DNA of 64,000 nt from Desulfomicrobium sp. Its GTDB lineage: Bacteria; Desulfobacterota; Desulfovibrionia; Desulfovibrionales; Desulfomicrobiaceae. Of this stretch, positions 60,567-64,000 are shown piece by piece. The DNA is taken from NCBI GenBank assembly GCA_040768745.1, contig JAXGMI010000002.1, positions 32,001 to 96,000 on the forward strand, given 5' to 3'. Below the pieces are notes generated by a model. The model searched no databases, was not told the origin of the DNA, and worked only from the letters and a program-made list of their open reading frames with translations. The stretch's first letter is position 1. Each line of letters begins with the position of its first letter. Made by a program: the position numbers and the translations under genes.

Positions 60567-62045
60567 ATGACATCCGCCGACAACGCCCGTTCGACCCGGA
60601 AGGGATGGAACTTCGACAACAGCTACGCCAGGCTGCCGAAGCACTTGTACGACCTGCAGGGTCCGGTGCAGGTGGACTCCCCGCGTCTGGTCGTCTTCAA
60701 CCGCGAGCTGTCCGACGCCCTGGGCCTCGACACCGCGGCCCTGGACGGGCCCGAGGGCGCCGCCGTCCTCTCCGGCAACCGCGTGCCGAACGGCGCCCTG
60801 CCCATGGCCCAGGCCTACGCCGGGCACCAGTTCGGCCATTTCACCATGCTCGGCGACGGCCGCGCCATCCTGCTGGGCGAGCAGGTCACCCCGGCCGGGG
60901 AGCGCTTCGACATCCAGCTCAAGGGCTCCGGCCGCACCCGCTTTTCCCGGCGCGGGGACGGTCGCGCGGCCCTGGGGCCCATGTTGCGGGAATACATCGT
61001 CAGCGAGGCCATGCACGCCCTCGGCATCCCGACCACGCGCAGCCTGGCCGTGGTCACCACGGGGATGCCCGTGTACCGCGAGACAGAACTGCAGGGTGCG
61101 GTTTTGACCCGCGTGGCGGCCAGTCACCTCCGCGTGGGCACCTTCGAGTACCTGGCCGCCCTGGGCAATCCCGATGATCTGCGCACCCTGGCCCTCTACA
61201 CCATCGATCGCCACTTCCCGCATCTGCGTGCCGCCGACAACCCGTTTCTGGCCCTGCTCGACGCAGTCATCCGCCGGCAGGCATCCCTGATGGCCAAGTG
61301 GCTGCATGTCGGCTTCATCCATGGGGTCATGAACACCGACAACATGGCCCTCAGCGGAGAGACCATCGACTACGGTCCCTGCGCCTTCATGGACGCTTAC
61401 GACCCGGCCACGGTCTTCAGTTCCATCGACCATCAGGGGCGCTACGCCTACGGCAATCAGCCACACATGGCCCAGTGGAACCTGACCCGCTTTGCAGAGA
61501 CCCTGCTGCCCCTGGTTCACGAGGATCACGTTAGGGCCGTGGACCTGGCCACGCAGTCCGTAGAATCTTTTCAGGACATGTTTCGGAGGGACTGGCTCGG
61601 GATTATGCGGGCCAAGCTCGGGCTCTTCAGCGCGGAGGAGGGTGACATGACGCTCTTCCAGGACCTGCTCAAGACCATGCAGGAGGCGGGGGCCGACTAC
61701 ACCTCCACCCTGCGCGGCCTGGCCTCGACAGACCCATCCGGCGTCCCGATCTTCCGGCACGGGGCGTTCCTGCATTGGCATGAGAGCTGGCAGGCCAGAC
61801 TGGCCCGCCAGCGCCAAGGCGTGGAGGAGGCGCGGGCCCTCATGCGCACACACAACCCCGCAGTCATCCCCCGCAATCACCGGGTGGAGGAAGCCCTGGC
61901 CGCAGCCGAAAAGGGCGACATGACCGTCATGGAACGGCTCCTGGCAGCCCTGAAAAATCCATACGCCGATCATGGCGAACACGACGCCTATCGCATGCCG
62001 CCACCGTCCGCTGCCGCCCCGTACAGGACATTCTGCGGGACGTGA
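60567..62045 (+). CDS. selO: SelO/YdiU protein adenylyltransferase
   Basis: YAGHQFG..LGDGR, QLKGSG, GDGRA, HGVMNTDN, IDYGP, FCGT C-terminus. Confidence 0.93.
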   Translation: MTSADNARSTRKGWNFDNSYARLPKHLYDLQGPVQVDSPRLVVFNRELSDALGLDTAALDGPEGAAVLSGNRVPNGALPMAQAYAGHQFGHFTMLGDGRAILLGEQVTPAGERFDIQLKGSGRTRFSRRGDGRAALGPMLREYIVSEAMHALGIPTTRSLAVVTTGMPVYRETELQGAVLTRVAASHLRVGTFEYLAALGNPDDLRTLALYTIDRHFPHLRAADNPFLALLDAVIRRQASLMAKWLHVGFIHGVMNTDNMALSGETIDYGPCAFMDAYDPATVFSSIDHQGRYAYGNQPHMAQWNLTRFAETLLPLVHEDHVRAVDLATQSVESFQDMFRRDWLGIMRAKLGLFSAEEGDMTLFQDLLKTMQEAGADYTSTLRGLASTDPSGVPIFRHGAFLHWHESWQARLARQRQGVEEARALMRTHNPAVIPRNHRVEEALAAAEKGDMTVMERLLAALKNPYADHGEHDAYRMPPPSAAAPYRTFCGT

Positions 62046-62086
62046 CGGTGCCCGTACAGGGGAGTATGAGAGGAGAGGGGAGGGCC

Positions 62087-64000
62087 ATGAACACACATTC
62101 CGCGCCGAACCACAGGTCCGGACCCGCAGTCACGGCGGTACTGGCTGCCATGATTGTGCTGGGTTTGCCGGGCCGGCCTTTGCTGCACGCGGCCCAAACC
62201 CAAGTGCAGAGGCTGCGCATCGTCCTTGATCTTCAGGGCGGTCACCTGCGCGGTTACGGGTCCATCCCACTGCCTCCCGGACTGTCGGGGGGGCCGGCAA
62301 TCCTCCTGCACCCGGACATGCGGGTTCTTTCCGTGCGCCTGAACGGCAGGCCGGTGGAGTTCTCCTTTGACGGCGGCATGCTCCGCCCCGACGTCGGGCC
62401 TGCCGGAAACAGAGACCAGCGGGTGCTGGATCTGGAATATGAGGGCCGTTTCCACAATCCCGTTCCCCGGGAACAGTTCGACATGGACAATCCCGGTTCC
62501 GGGGTCGAGGCCAGCGTGACCGAAGAAGGCGTCTTTTTCCAGGCCGGGAGCGCCTGGCACCCCCGGCTCAGGGGCTTCGATCCGGTCCTGGACCTTGAGA
62601 TTGACGCGCCGCGCGGCGTCCTGGCCGTCACAGCGGGCCGTCTCCTGGGCCACGAGGACCTGGGCGAGAGGACCTTCTCGCGCTGGCGCGCCGGGCGTAC
62701 GGCCGGGGGACTGCCCCTCTCTGCCGGAGAATACATCCAGGGCCGCCTCGACACGCCGACCGTCCCCGTGCTGACCTATTTCTCCTCCGGAAGCCAAGCC
62801 CTGGCCGAGACCTACCTGCAGGCCTCGGCCCGCCACCTGGCCGTCTGCGAAAAACTGCACGGTCCTTACCCCTTTGACCATTTCGCCGTAGTCGAGAACT
62901 TCTTTCCCACGGGGTACGGCATGCCCGGCTACACCCTGCTGGGTTCCTCCGTCGTGCGTCTGCCCTTCATTCCTGCAACCAGCCTGCGCCACGAGGTGGC
63001 CCACTGCTGGTGGGGCAATGGCGTCCTCGTCGATTCCGCCACGGGCAACTGGAGCGAAGGCCTGACAACCTACGTCGCAGACCACCTGGCCCAGGAGGAG
63101 ATCTCTGCCGAGGCGGCCAGGGAGTACCGCCAGCGTATCCTGCGCGACTATGCCCTGCTGGCCGCAGGCCCCCGTGATTTTCCTGTCCATGGCTTCCGTT
63201 TCCGGTCCGACCCGGCCACCCAGGTGGTGGGCTACGGCAAAGCCATGTTCCTCCTGCACATGATCCGTCAGCGCATGGGAGATGAGCGCTTCTGGGCCGC
63301 ACTGCGCCAATTCTACGCGGGCTGGCTGTTCCGCGAGGCGGGCTGGGGGGACATGCTTGCGGCCTTCGAGGCCGCGGGATGGGACCTGAGGGAGCGGAAC
63401 GTCTTCGAGCGGCAGTGGATCCGGTCCCCCGGAGCGCCGGACTTGGCCCTGGGTCCGGTGACGGTCTCGCCCGTGGCTTCGGGTTTTGTCACGCAGGGCA
63501 CGGTCACCCAGAAGGCCCCCTTCTACGACCTGTTTGTGACCGTGCGCGTCGAAACCGTTGACGGGCCCCGGGAAACGCAGATCTTTCTGAACGGGGAGAG
63601 CTCCGGTTTTTCCATCCCCAGTCCGTCCAGACCCCTGCGGCTGGGCGTGGATCCGGACCGCCACATTTTCCGTTTGCTGGCCCCGTCGGAAATTCCGCCC
63701 ACCGTGAACAGCGTCAAGGGCGCGGACAACCTGCTCGTCGTCGTCAGCGACGACCTCGCGCACATGTCCGGTGCCAACCTCGCCGCTTTTCTGGCCAGCC
63801 TGAACCAGGAGGAGGCCCGTGTTGTGTCCGAATCTGAAGCGCAGGCCATCGCGTCCTCGGCCTCGAACCTGCTCTTTTTCGGTTTTCCCCGCAGCGCAGC
63901 CCTGCAGACCCTGCTTTCGTCCCCCGAGGGGTATGGTCTGGACCGGTGGGCTCGGGGCTTCGCCTTCCGCGACAAACCCGCCGGCGCCGAACTTGACGTC
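62087..64000 (+). CDS. M1 family aminopeptidase-like exported protein (runs off the right edge)
   Basis: In-frame HEVAHCWWGN...EGLTTY (62990 onward); not in the ORF track because no stop falls in the window. Confidence 0.85.
   Translation, partial: MNTHSAPNHRSGPAVTAVLAAMIVLGLPGRPLLHAAQTQVQRLRIVLDLQGGHLRGYGSIPLPPGLSGGPAILLHPDMRVLSVRLNGRPVEFSFDGGMLRPDVGPAGNRDQRVLDLEYEGRFHNPVPREQFDMDNPGSGVEASVTEEGVFFQAGSAWHPRLRGFDPVLDLEIDAPRGVLAVTAGRLLGHEDLGERTFSRWRAGRTAGGLPLSAGEYIQGRLDTPTVPVLTYFSSGSQALAETYLQASARHLAVCEKLHGPYPFDHFAVVENFFPTGYGMPGYTLLGSSVVRLPFIPATSLRHEVAHCWWGNGVLVDSATGNWSEGLTTYVADHLAQEEISAEAAREYRQRILRDYALLAAGPRDFPVHGFRFRSDPATQVVGYGKAMFLLHMIRQRMGDERFWAALRQFYAGWLFREAGWGDMLAAFEAAGWDLRERNVFERQWIRSPGAPDLALGPVTVSPVASGFVTQGTVTQKAPFYDLFVTVRVETVDGPRETQIFLNGESSGFSIPSPSRPLRLGVDPDRHIFRLLAPSEIPPTVNSVKGADNLLVVVSDDLAHMSGANLAAFLASLNQEEARVVSESEAQAIASSASNLLFFGFPRSAALQTLLSSPEGYGLDRWARGFAFRDKPAGAELDV

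Noticed and set aside
61988..63763. 591 aa minus-strand ORF
   Set aside because: Shadow of the plus-strand M1 peptidase gene

Overview
Bases 1-~47,500 are a large temperate phage whose right boundary abuts the 3' end of the host tmRNA gene (ssrA, 47508-47898, minus strand); its left end lies outside the window. Most phage genes are on the minus strand: a contractile tail module resembling eCIS (Afp/PVC) systems, a head module, portal and terminase, a replication/recombination block, a phage sigma factor, a LexA-like repressor, and a plus-strand DUF2924/serine recombinase module. The head module has two unusual fusions: a DNA methyltransferase-protease-scaffold protein and a ~1,500 aa MuF-kinase protein. 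Two accessory inserts are present: a tyrosine recombinase cassette followed by a 45-bp-period array of lox/sfx-like palindromes, and an AT-rich ABC-F gene with a complete attenuator leader. A bipartite motif CCGWCR-N14-CCGGTAAGTAA recurs 9 times in the direction of transcription and is probably the phage sigma promoter. The sigma gene leader looks like an RNA switch and has a colinear homolog 4 kb away. Bases ~48,000-64,000 are ordinary host genes of a GC-rich, probably Desulfovibrionales-like deltaproteobacterium (inference): tRNA-Arg, hslVU, argB, gcvH/PA/PB, selO and others. Many phage genes left of ~32 kb carry single-base frameshifts that look like sequencing errors, so their coordinates are reconstructed across frames. 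All protein calls are by motif recognition; no database search was run.
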